Source: Sminthopsis crassicaudata (lineage: Eukaryota). From it: 64,000 nucleotides of DNA. The notes under the pieces are model-generated. The model was given only the letters and a program-made list of their open reading frames with translations, searched no databases and was not told the DNA's origin. A program made the translations under genes and the position numbers. Position 1 is the stretch's first letter. Each line of letters opens with the position of its first letter. The stretch spans positions 113,761,148 to 113,825,147 of the forward strand of contig NC_133621.1 of assembly GCF_048593235.1 (NCBI RefSeq), read 5' to 3'. Positions 43,525-56,970 of the stretch are shown here, in pieces.

Positions 43525-43533
43525 CTTTTTATA
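43525..43533 (-). promoter_or_regulatory. Candidate TATA box (TATAAAAAG) of the MLGSK first exon
   Basis: Canonical TATA 65-73 nt upstream of the ATG at 43460. Confidence 0.45.
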
Positions 43534-45002
43534 CCTTCCCCATCAGCAAACTTGGCAGCTCTGGTTCCAGCTGGCTTTTTTAGTGGGGTTGTTGGTCTTT
43601 TCCTGGTCTGTCTGCAGCAGCAGCAGCAACAATCCCTCTGGCAGGAGAACCCCTTTATTTAATAAGATATTTCTACTAGCTGATCACCAGCCATTCCTAG
43701 TTCTTAGAGTAGTGGTGGTGATTTTGCTTTTTTTTTTTTTTTCTTCACCTAATTACAAAGATCTTCTGACCTCTAAACCTTAACAACAAGTTCCCCAACA
43801 TGGCTCAACTTGCAAGCACATAACAATAGCTTATTTATATAACCAGTGCACTTTTTACTTGCTATAATTAACTTGCTAATTAGGTTCCTTTTTAACTACC
43901 TCCTCCCTTTTCTCCCCCAATGTCAGATGATTTCAGTTAACCTGGCCTCATTAGAAAAAAATTAACTACCAAGCCACTTCAACAATGAGGAGATTTATTA
44001 TATTACTAAGAAAAAGTTTTAATATAATGCCAAGTAATTTGGAAGTCTCTGCCTAGCCTGCATTTCCCTCTGCCCTTGGTCAGGGCAGACTTGTACATCC
44101 AGGTTATTAAAGTGCTTCTCAAGTCTGCTGCATCACATAATTAAGCTATGTTATCTTTCCTATTAAACTGAGACCACAGGAAAGCTTCCCTTCTTTGTTC
44201 AAGAAGCTTCACTTCTAATTTGGGTTATCCTGCTTTCATTTCCCACATTTCAACATTTATTGTTTCTGGATGGAAAGTTGATGGCTCCCCTACCTCCCCA
44301 GAATTGTCAGAGGCCAAAAATCCTGCCAAATAAAGATGTTAATCAAACTACCACTACTAGTAGATGAAACCCTAATAAAATGATGTGATTAAATCTTGAG
44401 GTTCTCCTGTCAGAGCAATTATTAGAAATTCTTGGGGGGAGGTGAGGGAAGCCAAGGTAACACACACAACACCCCTACTCCCACAATTAAAAAAAGAAAA
44501 AAAAAGTCAGCTAGAACCAGATCTGAAGTCACTAAGATTGCTGGTGGGAAAGGAAAAAGATTAGAAAGGGACATGGTGAACACAGAGAAAATTAATCTTA
44601 TGTTTGCAACATTAAAGAGAAAGGAACAGTAATCTGACTAGAAATTTTTCCTAAAAGAAGCAAGTTCATTTAAAATCAGCTAAGAGAGAGAATTTCCAAG
44701 TAAACTTAATTTTTATTAGGTTTGCAGGCAAACCAGCTTGGAAATAAGCTGTTTTCTTTGGATTTTTCTCAGTTTTGTGGCATATATGATTATGATCAAG
44801 AAAACTAGCCCAAGTTAACATGTACTAGGCTCCATTCTAATTTGTGGGCTTCTATATGTAGGACTATTTTTTTGATTGGTATCTAGGAATGTCACAAGAA
44901 ACAGCTGATTTTTACCTACTGATACTAGCTTGATGTTGGAATAGTAATGTTGAGAATATAGTTATGATTATGACAACTGCTCATTTCTGGGATTTTAGAA
45001 TC

Positions 45003-46050
45003 GTATCAACAAATCAACAATTATTTAGTAAGGGCCTCCTCTATGTCAGGCATTGTGCAAGGTGTTAAGAATACAAGTACAAAAAAAAAAAAAAAATCCT
45101 TACATTCAAGGGGTTTCCATTCTAATGTGAGATACTAGTACAAAGATTAACAGCACAAATATATGTTAATAACTACAAAGTAGTTAAAGATAGTTTGGGA
45201 TAGAGGATATGACTAGCCAAGGGAATCAGGAAACTATGTACAGAAAATGGTGCTTGAATCCATCTTAAAGAAAGAGAGGAATTCTATATGAAATGGAGGT
45301 GAAGTAGTAGTATACTCCAGGTTCTGAGCCAAGAGATTGAGTGTGTATGTGAGGAACTGAGAGAAGGCCATTTTAGCTGGATCATAGAGCACAGAGAGGA
45401 AAGAAATGTCTTGGATTGTCAAAGGAATGGTTGAAACTAGGATGTGCAGAGCTTTAAAAATTAAAGAAGAGTTTACATTTTATTCTAGAGACAACAGGTG
45501 GCCACTGGAATACCCTGAGGAGAAAAGAGACATGGTCAGATCTGTGCTTAAAGAAAATCTCTTAGCAGCATGTAAGATGAACTTTAGTGGGGAGAGGCTA
45601 GGAGTTAAGGTTTTACAATAATTTAGGAAAGAGGTGTAAAATGTACTGCCCTTTCAGTGTTAAAGATGTAGTTGGGAAATATTTTACATGATAATTAAAA
45701 ACATAACAAAACATAGATAACATTACACTTTAAAAAGAAGTCAATCGTGGTCCACAGAAATCTTTAGGCATAGGTTAGTAGCCTCTTTTCTATTTGAGTT
45801 TGACATCACTGAGCTAGGTAAGGAAGGCCTGAATGAACTAAAGTAGTTATTCGAGTACAGCAATAAGACAACTGATATAAGGACAAGTAGAAGAAGAAGA
45901 AACCAGGATAATGCCAATTTACACATGGGGGCAGGGTGTGGTGCTGTTGACAGAAAAGTTTGAACAAATGGAGGATTTTGAAAAGAAAGAAAATGAATTT
46001 CATTTTGAACATCATGAGTTTAAGATGTCTCCAGGACACACCATGTAAAA
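45003..46050 (-). mobile_element. L2 fragment, interrupted near 45640-45790
   Basis: caacaaatcaacaattatttagtaaggg tail; ggtcagatctgtgctt; tttcattttgaacatcatgagtttaagatg. Confidence 0.7.
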
Positions 46051-49000
46051 TATCGAGTAACTACTGTATGTGCAAAGCAGTCTACGAGTCACCATAGATG
46101 GCACAAAAAAATACAGTACAATAAGAAACTGGGGGGGGGGGGAAACTTTAGAAATCTTTATTTAAATAATGTCAAAAGCAGAAGTCAGCTTCACTTTACA
46201 CATTCCAGGTCAATATTAGCTGATGCTTACAAAAGAATTTCCTTACAAGGACAAGATGATGACAACTTCAAAGACAATAACTTAATGAGAAAATAAATAC
46301 AGGTGCTAAAGGGGTTGCCTCAATAATCATTGCAATAATACTCCCATAACCAATCAGATTTATCAAATATTTTCCTTCAAGAAAGGCAATTTTTCTCTTT
46401 ATTTCAAATTATTTTTATACTAAACTAAAAATCAATTTCCTTGATTTATCATATTTTTTTTTGCCTTTACTTTTTTCCTTTCTATCTAAAATGCTTCAAC
46501 TGAACCTGCTGTATTTTAGTTTAAGTCATTGAAAATATTCTGCTACTCAGTTTGAACTTTTTGATTGGAAAAACAGATGGAAAGAGGTTTTTGCTCTTCA
46601 GTCACATTATGCTGAACAAGAAGGAATGACATGGAAATTTTATAAAATCAGCTTCTGTAAATATGTTCAGGTGCACACATATTTTTGTAGACTTATGCTG
46701 ATTAGAACTTTTGCCATCTTTAAAACTTGCTTTTTACTCTTCTATTAAAGGTAGTAGATGTTTCCTAATAATGCAGTAGTATATTTGACCCTGAGACACA
46801 AAACACTTTTCTAGGTTTTTCACTCTGATATTGATATTGAGTATCTTTATGCATACAAGTCTACTCAACTACTAGCTGATATAAAGAAATACAATGCATT
46901 CATAATGATAAAAGAGATGATACAATATAATATATGAATTGAGTGACATGATTATAAAATTTAAAAAGATTATAAAAGTCATGAGTTCAGAAGAGGTAAA
47001 AGTCATTGTAGATTTTAATGCTCAAGAAAAGGCTTCAAAGAAAAGATCAAGCTTGAGTTGGACCCTGAAAAATGTTTGAAATAGTGCCTTTCTTATCTAA
47101 GGAGATAACTGCAGAATTCTATGATGGATAAAGTGCTAGTATCAATCAGGGAAGCCAAGGTTCAAGTCCTGCCTCTGACAAATAACTTGGTTAAGTCAAT
47201 TAAAGTAACTTAATTCAGTGTTTCAGGTCGCTGAGTGAACCATTACCCTTATCTCAGCAGAAGGAATTTTCTTGCCATGAGTTCCCTATGCCAATGATAT
47301 ATAGGTCCAGACCTTCCTTCCCCATGGTGTTTCATCCATAAAAATCTGAAGATTCAAAAACCATTAACTATAATCACTAGAAAAACTCTGATATTGTTGG
47401 AGTTAAAAAGCCAAAGAGGAAAAAAAAATGAACCAAATATAAATTCTGATTAAATGAAATACTGAAATTTCTTGAATTTCCAGAAATATTGCAATTCTCT
47501 GTATAGTTTCTGGAGGTATGAGTTGGACAAGCAAGGGAAATATATAATAAATACAAATTCTTTTTTAAAAAATATTTAAGGGAAAGTGGTTCTAAAAGTC
47601 CTTCTCAAATGTCAATTTTTTTTTCCTGGAATGGCAGTTGAACTAACTCTCTTGAAGTTAGAACATAGATCCAAATTTCTAGCAACCTAAGTCTCTTAAA
47701 AACTATTTCAGTTTTATTATACTACTTTGCCTGTCCAAACTCATGTTATTCTGTGACTTCCCACTTAATCTTTCTTTTCTGTTTTAAAAATATTTACATG
47801 ATTGTAAATATAGATAGCAGAACACAAGGAACAAATGAGAGTCATGGTCTGCTTGAAGCTGGGCTTTTCCTATCAGAATTTTTATTCCAGAACAGTAGCA
47901 ATAAAACTTTCATTTATTCCTAAAGAATCATTTCTTCTGATTGTAGTAAACAGGTAGAGTTTAGTAGCTGCATCTTAGAACATAGAATCACTTGAACCAG
48001 CAGAACAAAATAACCAACCTAAAAAGTCTTTTTCTGTGATGTTTGTTTTATTTAATAAGGCAAACACTATTCTCTCTTGGTGGTTCTATCTGTCTTATAT
48101 TTTCTGAATACTCTTCTTGCTCAACATACACATCATATATCCTAATTGTGAGTGTTTTCAAGACCCTATTATCTTCTCCCTCTATGTGCTGTCTTTTGGT
48201 AAACCTATCAATTCCCATGAATTTAATTGCTATCTCCCTATAGATAATTCATGGTGAAGTAGAAGTAGTGTAGCAGTTTTACAAGTACAAAGAAATTTTT
48301 CTGTAAGTGTAACAATAATGCTAACCTCATTCTAGGATGTATAAAGTTGAGTTCTGTTCTTAAAGATTTCTTACTTGCTTCCAATAGAAAATATCATTCA
48401 GCTTTTCAACCAGATATTCTGCCCTCCCAATCTGCTACAAAGCTATATAATTTGCACAAACTTATGGCTTATGAATAGGTTTATTTCTATCCTAAGAAAA
48501 AAATGGAATCTCCAGTTAGCTCAAATTGTAGAGTGTCAACCAGTTTCCTATGGAAAAGTACCAGGCACTGATGAGAACAGGGGTGGGAGGAGGAAATATT
48601 TAAATGTAGAAACAAGAAAGATTGGTGCTGATCCCCCATGTGAATATGAGGAGGCATTTCACCTACTGAGAAGAACTAGGGCTTCTTTGGGGACTATAAA
48701 CACATCGATGGAAATTCCTAATCTGATGTTCTCCAAGCTTTCACAGTAATACTTCCTAGATAAGGCCAAGAAAATCCTTCCCATGAGAATATACTAAGGT
48801 ATAGGGTCTCCACCAGAAGTTTTCAGTGACTGATGAAGAGTTAGTATAAGACCAGCAGGTCTGCCTGACCAAACTGTGACTCAGCCTTCCTACAACTCCT
48901 CCTGGCCTACTTCTGAGAAAAAGAGACTGTGAGTATTGCCTGCTGTTGTATGTAGACCGAGTCTCTGTTTTCTTAAGGATACTTCTTTGCTTCTGTGTGT

Positions 49001-49569
49001 TCCAAAATCTATGTTTCTATGTTCTAAGATACATCTTTCTATCCATAGAGAAATAATTTCAGGATAAACTTTACCACACTAACATATTATCTGGAGCAAA
49101 GAAGCCAAATATGTCAAAACTCCCTTGTTCAAAATCCTACCCAATGTGGGAGCTTCCTGGGATGTCTGCTTCTAGAAACTACTTTTAAGACTTTACCACT
49201 TTAGTCTAGAAACATTTATGCAATTCATTATCAATAGGCAGAGCATGGCATGATGGCTGACTTAGTGGAAAATAGTGGTAATAGATCAAAGAACTTTAAA
49301 AAGGTCTGTACACCTGACTAAATTTATAATTTAATATCCTATGTAGAACTCTTGATTAGTTGAGCCAAAGAGGCTAATCTCTAGTATATAAGTTAGCACA
49401 AAGAAAGAGTGCATAACAAAAGCTAAATCTGAAATTCCTTCCTCTTTACTATCTAATAACATGAAGTTCAGAATGTAAAAGTGAATTTTTCTGAAGATGA
49501 GAATGGGGAAATGAAAAAGAGAATGCAGTGAAAAAAATTAAATTGATATAAACCTAAATATTATATATA

Positions 49570-49790
49570 ATGGTATTTATGATAGCTGGCATTTATAGAG
49601 TACCTTACAATTTGCAAAATGCTTTATATATTTTAACTCATTTGTTCCTCTCAATAATCCTGAAAGGTAGATGTTATTATTAATGATAAGGAACCTAAGG
49701 CTGAGAGAAGTTAAGTGTCACCTAGGGTCACATAAGTGTTTGAGAGAAGATTTGATCTCTCTTCTTTCTTATTATACTTATCAAACATTA
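49570..49790 (-). mobile_element. MIR-type SINE
   Basis: tttgcaaaatgctttata...ctaaggctgagagaagttaagtg. Confidence 0.65.
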
Positions 49791-51876
49791 TCAACAACAG
49801 GAAGAACTTTGAAGATCTGTAAAATTACTGACTCTGATGGTTCAAATTCATGCAAATATATGAATTGGAGAAGAGTATTCCCCATTTTATGTCCAAAAAT
49901 TTTATGAAAAAAAATTAAGCTAAGAAAAAATTCCATATTATTATTATGAAATTTTGCATGAAGTACATTTTTCTCTTCATTCTCTTTTTGAAATACCACT
50001 TCAGTTATTTTGCCCTTTAGAGTTGTTTTTTCTAAATATCCATAGCAGAAAATCCATAAGGCTTTACTAGAATGGCAACTAGCTATTATCTCAAAAACCT
50101 TCCTATTAAAAAAGTTCATGATAACTAATAAAAATATGACACTGAACTTCTTCCTAGAACCAGGTTTTCTTTAGTGAAGGCAATGTAATTAGCTAAATCA
50201 GTGTACAGGTTTAAAACATTTCCTGAATCAAGATAAATTTTATTCTTTAATAAAGGGCTTTAAAAACACTTTATTATGAAATAATGAATACAGTGAGTAC
50301 TTTAAATGCCACTCAACTTCATGAAAGGCCAATAAACAATGGTCATAATAACTATTCCAAGATGTAGCTTCCTCATAGCAGAATTGGGAGACTAGTAAAT
50401 GGGGTTAAAGTCCAGTAAGAACTTATATTTTTTAGTGAATGTTCTTACTGGGTGAGAAAGTAGGACCTTATTCCTAGAGCAATAATAGTTACTGGAAAAC
50501 TTTTATTGATCCACTTTTGAAAACTGCTGATCTACAGTGAAATCTCTCTCTAAGGTCCCTTGAAAGACACCCAAGGTTAATTTCTTAAAGTAGACTCTCC
50601 TAAAGAAGAGAGGGACTTCCTCTGGCTTTCAAGTTAGAAGGTTGACACTAAAATAAATAAATATAGGATCAACATTCCTAAATTAGTAGTTTAATTTTAC
50701 CCTAAAATATACTAAACTAAGCTCAAGTTAGGAAGAAACAATATCTATCTAAAATTTGAAACTTGCCCCCTCTTACTTCTCTATGGCAATATGTTAATAA
50801 AAACTGAAGCTTGTTACTGAGGATGGTTGGATGAATAGACTGAAAAGTTGGAAACAGGCTCATGAAAGGAAAAGAAAAAGTGTGTGTGTGTGTGTAAGAG
50901 GGTATTTATCTTAACACCCTCTCCAGTGTTTAGATTTTAAAATCTAAGCATAATACAGTAAAAACAGTACATAAAGAATGTTCTTTCATTATATTGATAG
51001 TAAGTACTTTTGCTGGTAAAAAATATGATGGCTCAAAAATTGGCTGATTAATGCTTTCACAATTTTAAAAACAAATGAACTATAAATCACAATTTGTTTG
51101 ATGGTTTTGTTTAACTATTTTCAAGAAATGCACTGTATGAGAGGAGTCACTTGGGTGTTTTGGAGCTGTCCAAACAAAATTGTATAAATATAAATTCATT
51201 AAAATTTAAAACAACAAAAAGAATACTAAAACCCATTTCGTCTATGTTCAGCAATACAAGCTTATGATTAATTTGTACATGTGGATTAAATTCTTATTTC
51301 TTCAAAGGAAAGTACACTTATTCAATATATTGTTAATTCCAGGTCCATTTCAGTACCTAGGATACAAGTTGGCTTTGAGAAATAATTATTGTTAAGGATG
51401 CAGAGAACAATGACCCATCGGTGAAAAATTTTGAGTTTTTCTCTCCAGCAATGATTTTCAGAAACTTTTCAAATTATTTTAGATGCTTTATGGGGGAGGG
51501 GAATGAGATACCTTTAGGATGATTTTTTTCATTTGTTCCTTCTTTCACTCAGTAAAAATAAATTGAATCTCAGCCCTAGAATTGCAGTGCAAAGCAAGTG
51601 ACAGAACTGCAACTCAAAAACAGCTACCCACCCCAAAAAACAATACAAATACCATCAGCCGATATAGACTTGTTGATATAATCCTTAAGGTTCTCCTTGG
51701 TTGGTAAAGAAGTTTAACTCAGCACATAAGAAATAAACAGAACAATCAACGGACTTCATCTTAGGTTCCCTCAAATACTCCACATCCCGCTGGGGCTAAG
51801 TGATCATTTCCACCTGTCAAGAATAATGCCCCCATCTTTCTTTCAGAAGGAAAAGCAAAGCAGCCAAAAGACTCAC

Positions 51877-51936
51877 CATCCAATCAGGCACAGCAAAAGC
51901 AGAGGTAGTGCCTGTATTACCGTCCCACTTCTCCAT
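51877..51936 (-). CDS. AHCYL2: AHCYL2 alternative first coding exon (MEKWDGNTGTTSAFAVPDWM)
   Basis: ATG in strong Kozak context (agcATGG), 20 codons, phase-0 donor ATG|GTGAGT compatible with exon 2; resembles the recalled human AHCYL2 isoform N-terminus MEKWDGNEGTSAFHMPEWM. Confidence 0.88.
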
Positions 51937-52059
51937 GCTGTAAGCTTGAGCAGCTAAATGGATCCTGATGAGGAATGGAAATAGGTCCTGGATATGCCAG
52001 GGATGGCTAGGGTAGGTACTTAATCCCTGCCAAGAACCTCCAAACACCTCGTTATTCAA

Positions 52060-52800
52060 GAGGTTCAAAACAGCCGCTCTGACTGCACCCTGTCCTTCCC
52101 CCAGAGGCTTCTAATGCAAACGAAGCTCCTTAGACAAGTATTACATAGGCTGCCCCAGTGACCAAAGGTTTCGGCTTTAGATTTAAATCCAGGGCCAGAT
52201 GCAAGGCTCCAAACCCAGGGACTGTTCTTCCCCCAAGGAGCTAGCCCAGTGCAACCCAAACACTCTGCCCCACCTCCCCCGGAGCTTACTTTCGGCCGCT
52301 AAACAATGCCAAGTTGTCAGGCGCCCGCTCCCTTTTTTCCCTGGGTGTCACTTCTCCCCCCGCCCCTTGGGACACGTCACTGGGAGAGCTGATACCAAGA
52401 TCAATAAGGATCAAGGTCAACAAGACACTCACTGCTCAAGAGCTGCTCAGCTGTTTGGTGTGGCAGAGGCGGCCTCCGGGAAAGGAGGAAGCGTGTTCCA
52501 GCTAACACCACAATCCAAAATGTCCCGCAGGAGGTAAGGCTCACCTGCCCCCCACCCTCCAAGGCTGTGCCCCAGACTTGGGCATCTCTCAGGTGAACTT
52601 TAGAGGGAAGGGAAGTAGAGATGGAGCCAGAGTCGGTCTGGCCAAACACAGGAGGTAGTGGGCTTCAGAAAGGCCAGAGGGACTTTTAATCCCACACCTC
52701 CCTCTGCTGGTTCCTTTCTCTATGCACATGCAAGGGCCGGCTCCTCGGGCACAGAGCGTGCTGAATCTTGATGGAGGGCAATACGGGAAGCAGCACAGGT
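52060..52800 (-). promoter_or_regulatory. GC/CpG-enriched putative internal promoter of the MEKW isoform
   Basis: Locally raised GC and CpG directly upstream of the first exon; GC box ccccgcccc 52358-52366; CRE-like TGACGT 52374-52379 (minus). Confidence 0.55.
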
Positions 52801-53369
52801 CTGTGGGGACTACTGACAGGCTTTCAAGTGCCTGGGTTACTCAACACTGGTTTGTTTGGGGTTTGGGGCAGTGTTTCTAAGTTTCAGAGAGAAATAGTAC
52901 TTCCAAATAGTAGAGGATATCCTATGATTTCCAGAGGCTCTTCTCCTCTCTACTAGTCATTTCCCTAACTGTCCAATACAAGTTTTCATTCTGCATATAT
53001 TTTGGGGAATTTAGTAGACACCTGGAGAAAAATTCATATAATGCATTATATTCTTTATACAATATATAGTAATAAGTAGTTGAAATAAGAGTAGCTGTAC
53101 ATTTCACTGGAGTTAAGAAAGCAAAAGAACTATGAGGTCCTGGTCTCCAACTCTTTGCACAGGCCCAGCTTGTTATCCCAGCTAAAATACTGAAGTACAC
53201 ACACTCTCCCCACCTGTGGAAATCCTTCAAAGGCCATCTGGAGTTTTTGTGTTGTTTTTTTTTAAATACCTGTATAATTCTTTACAATCTGTAATTACCT
53301 TTTCCCTGCCCCATATCACAATGTATGTTATTTCTACTTTTCTCATAGATTTCCGTATGTATTATTTGC

Positions 53370-53760
53370 TGTTAGGTTCTTACTAGGTGCTGTCAGTATT
53401 TAATAATTCTCTAGCTCAGGGTTCACACCTTTAAAAGGAGCAAGTTCATTGGTTGTAAGTAGTTCCCACAAGCCCCTGGAGTACCCACAAGCCCATTCTC
53501 TAGAAGGATAAAAGAGGAGGGCAGCCAGGAAGGAAGCAGTCTGGATTGGGTTAAGGACAAGACTTTCTAGGAGAACTTCAGGGAAGCTGGAAGAGATTCA
53601 GAGACAGGATTCAGGAAGAGGAGGATTCGAGATTCTACCTTTCGCTCTGGCTGGAGGCTCCAGAAACCTCCCAAGAAACCTGCTCCCAGAGAAAAGGATT
53701 CACAGAAAAGAAACCTCCTCCCGGAGAAGGATTATAATTGAGAGACGACAGGACACTACA
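53370..53760 (+). mobile_element. ERV solo LTR (391 bp) with 6-bp TSD
   Basis: TG...CA termini (tgttagg...actaca); TSD atttgc at 53364-53369 and 53761-53766; TATA-like ggataaaag. Confidence 0.85.
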
Positions 53761-54339
53761 ATTTGCTCCTAAACAAATTCAACACTAAGTACCTATGTTC
53801 ATTACTTAGATCTGGGGAAACAAACTAATAACAAAGATGTTTGGGGAGAGGTAGAAAGTTGATCCTTAAGCAGAGACTAGCTGAATTAAAGAAAGGTCCT
53901 GAGACAGAGGGGACAGGATAAGACTGAGGAGCCTAAGAGGTTTAGTTATAACCTTGAATGACTTAGGAGTTGAGTCTTCTACAACATATATAAACATCTT
54001 TAGGTGTCTTAGAACTGTGCCTTCATGTAGTAGCACTGGCAACTCCTAACCATTAGCAAGACAACATGCATGTACACATAGCAGGCATTTCATCAAATAT
54101 TTGTTGAATGAGTTGAATCTTTGATTCTTATCCTACCCAAACTATTGAAGTTGCCAAATTTGTTCGAATGAAATCTTGTCCTTTTCATTCCCAGTATGAT
54201 CACCCCAGTACAGGCTTGTTCCAGTTACTGATTGTCTGTCTCAATTCTGGACTACAGGAAGTTAGAAAATTCATCTCTCTCCAAACATTTTTCCATAGCA
54301 CTCATTCTCCCTCCCTCTGCACCCCCAATTGTTTCCTTT

Positions 54340-54740
54340 GGTACTTTGGCAAGATTATACATATGATGATCAATTCTGATGGACATGGCTCTCTTTAACA
54401 ATGAAATGATTCAGATCAGTTCCAACAGACTTGTAAGATGGAGAGAGCCATCTGCATTCAAAGGACTGTGGGGACTGCATCAAAGTACAGTATTTTCACT
54501 ATTTTTATTCACTTGTTTGATTTTTTCCTCTCATTTTATTCTTTTCTGATCTGATTTTCCTTGTGCAGCATGACAAATATGGAAATATGTTTAGAAGAAT
54601 TGCACTTGTTTAATCTATATTGGATTACTTGCTGTCTATAGGAAGGGAGAAAAACATGGAACACAAGGTTTTGCAAGGCTGAATGTTTAAAACTATCTTC
54701 ATATGTATTTTGAAAAATAAAAAGCTATTATAAAATAATT
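54340..54740 (+). mobile_element. L1 3' UTR fragment
   Basis: gatgatcaattctgatggacatggctctc...gatggagagagccatc...aataaaaagctatt. Confidence 0.8.
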
Positions 54741-55003
54741 TTTAGTTCTTTTAGAATTTGTAATAGATTGGGTAAGGAACACTGAGCATAATCTGATATG
54801 CATCTTAAATTTGGGGAAAGTAGATTTCAAAAGCTTCTCATAGGATTCCTCACACTAAAATTAAACAGAGAAAGTTAGCAAATTCTAAATACACAATTCT
54901 GATGAAGAAAAAAAGACAGAAACCATGTACAGGCGGTGGAAACAAGGGCAGGTAAGAGAGGATGAATATGGAAGTATAGTGCAATTTTGTAAGAATATTT
55001 CAG

Positions 55004-55659
55004 ATACTAAAGAGGGGAAAGGGACCTGTATGTGCCAAAATGTTTGTGGCAGCTCTTTTTGTTGTAGCTAGAAACTGGAAGTTGAATGGATGTCCATCAG
55101 TTGGAGAATGGTTGGGTAAATTATGGCATATGAGGGTTATGGAATATTATTGCTCTGTAAGAAATGACCAGCAGGAGGAATACAGAGAGGCTTGGAGAAA
55201 CTTACATCAACTGATGCTGAGTGAAATGAACAGAACCGGAAGATCGCTGTACACTTCAATGTTGTATGAAGATGTATTCTGATGGAAGTGGATATCTTCA
55301 ACATAAAAAAGATCCAACTCACTTCCAGTTGATCAATGATGGACAGAAATAACTACACCCAGAGAAGGAAAACTGGGAAATGAATGTAAATTGTTAGCAC
55401 TACTGTCTATCTACCCAGGTTACTTATACCTTCGGAATCTAATACTTAATGTGCAACAAGAAAATGGTATTTACACACATATATTGTGTCTAGGTTATAT
55501 TGTAACACATGTAAAATGTATGGGATTGCCTGTCATGGGGGGGGGAGGGAGTGGAGGGAGGGAGGGGATAATTTGGAAAAATGAATACAAGGGATAATAT
55601 TATAAAAAAATATTACTCATGCATATATACTGTGGGAAAAAAATTCTAAAAAAAAAAAA
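55004..55659 (+). mobile_element. Young 5'-truncated L1 (open ORF2 C-terminus + 3' UTR + poly-A)
   Basis: ILKRGKGPVCAKMFVAALFVVARNWK...; perfect TSD aagaatatttcag at 54991-55003 and 55660-55672. Confidence 0.92.
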
Positions 55660-55717
55660 AAGAATATTTCAGGAATGCCAAAAAATCAGAATAAGATAAT
55701 GAGTAAAGGGAGAGGAA

Positions 55718-55890
55718 GGGAGCAGCTAGATGGCACAGTGGATAAAAATCAGCCCTGGAGTCAGTAGGACCTGAGTTCAAATTTAGACTCGGACATTTAA
55801 CTCTTAGGATGTGACCCTGGACAAATCATTTAACCCCAATTGCCTTGTAAAAAAATAAACAAACAAATAAAACAAAACAAAAAACACCAA
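55718..55890 (+). mobile_element. WSINE1-like SINE (older subtype)
   Basis: gcagctagatggcacagtggata...ttaaccccaattgcct + A-rich tail; TSD aagataatgag(t/g)aaag at 55693-55708 and 55891-55906. Confidence 0.8.
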
Positions 55891-56617
55891 AAGATAATGA
55901 GGAAAGTTGGGCACTTTTAAAAATGGGTTTTTGTTTTCATTTTTTTTTTTTTTTTTTAAGCAAAGGTGGAGAAAAGAAGAAAGTCAAGGAAGTGACTTAA
56001 TTGGTATAAATTCATTCAACAAGCATTTATATATTAAGTACCTACCCTGAGCAAAATACCTTAAGCACTTAACAATTACCACAAAGTAATTACAAAAGCT
56101 ATATATAGCAAAATAGTCCCTACTCTCAAGGAACTTAAATTTTATTGGTGAGATGCATTATTTACACAGAAAATAAGAGCAAAATAATTTGAGGAAAGAG
56201 AACACCAACAACTTTGAAGATTAGAAAAGGCTTTCTAGGAACCACCAAAAAAATTAGAGATGCATGGCCTTAAAGAAGACTTGGAAAGGTATCCCTATAT
56301 TACTGATTTGCAGAAATGGTAGGTCCAAGGGTTTTGTACAATGCACATTATCTTCAGACTTTCTTTTTATTTTTCCCCTTTCTTATTAAAATATTAATTT
56401 TTATATGGGACAATTCTCAGGGTGGAGGAGAGAATATATGAAAAAATTCTGATGACATAAAAAACAAAAGATAACAATTTAAAAAAATAGACTTTCTGTC
56501 AAAAGTAATACTAAACTAGAATCTTGGAGCTGGTCATAAGAGGCAGAAGTAAGATGGAGATACAGTCCATGAATGGAGACATACATATGAGAAGCCTTTG
56601 AAATTTGCTCTCCCATG

Positions 56618-56970
56618 ATTTAGACCAGTTCCAATGATCTTGTGATGAAGAAAGTCATCTACACCCAGAGAGAGTACAGTGGGAGAGTACTGTGGGAACT
56701 GAGTGTGGATCACAACATAACATTTGCACTTCTTTTATTGTTATTTGCTTGAATTTTATTTTCTTTCTCATTTTTTCCCTTTCTGATCTGATTCTTCTTA
56801 TGCAGCATGTCTATACTGAATTTCCATATATTTTTATCATGTTTAACATATTATATTACTTGCCATCTAGGAGAGGGAATAGGGGGAAGAAGGGAACATA
56901 AAGTTTTGTAAGCAGTGGTGAAAAATTACCCTTGCATGTTTTGAAAACAAAAAGCTTCAATAAAAAAAAA
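56618..56970 (+). mobile_element. L1 3' UTR fragment
   Basis: gaccagttccaatgatcttgtgatg...actgagtgtggatcacaacat...aataaaaaaaaa. Confidence 0.8.

Noticed and set aside
48375-48749. 124-aa plus-strand ORF
   Set aside because: TTG start, no recognisable homology or splice signals, antisense intronic
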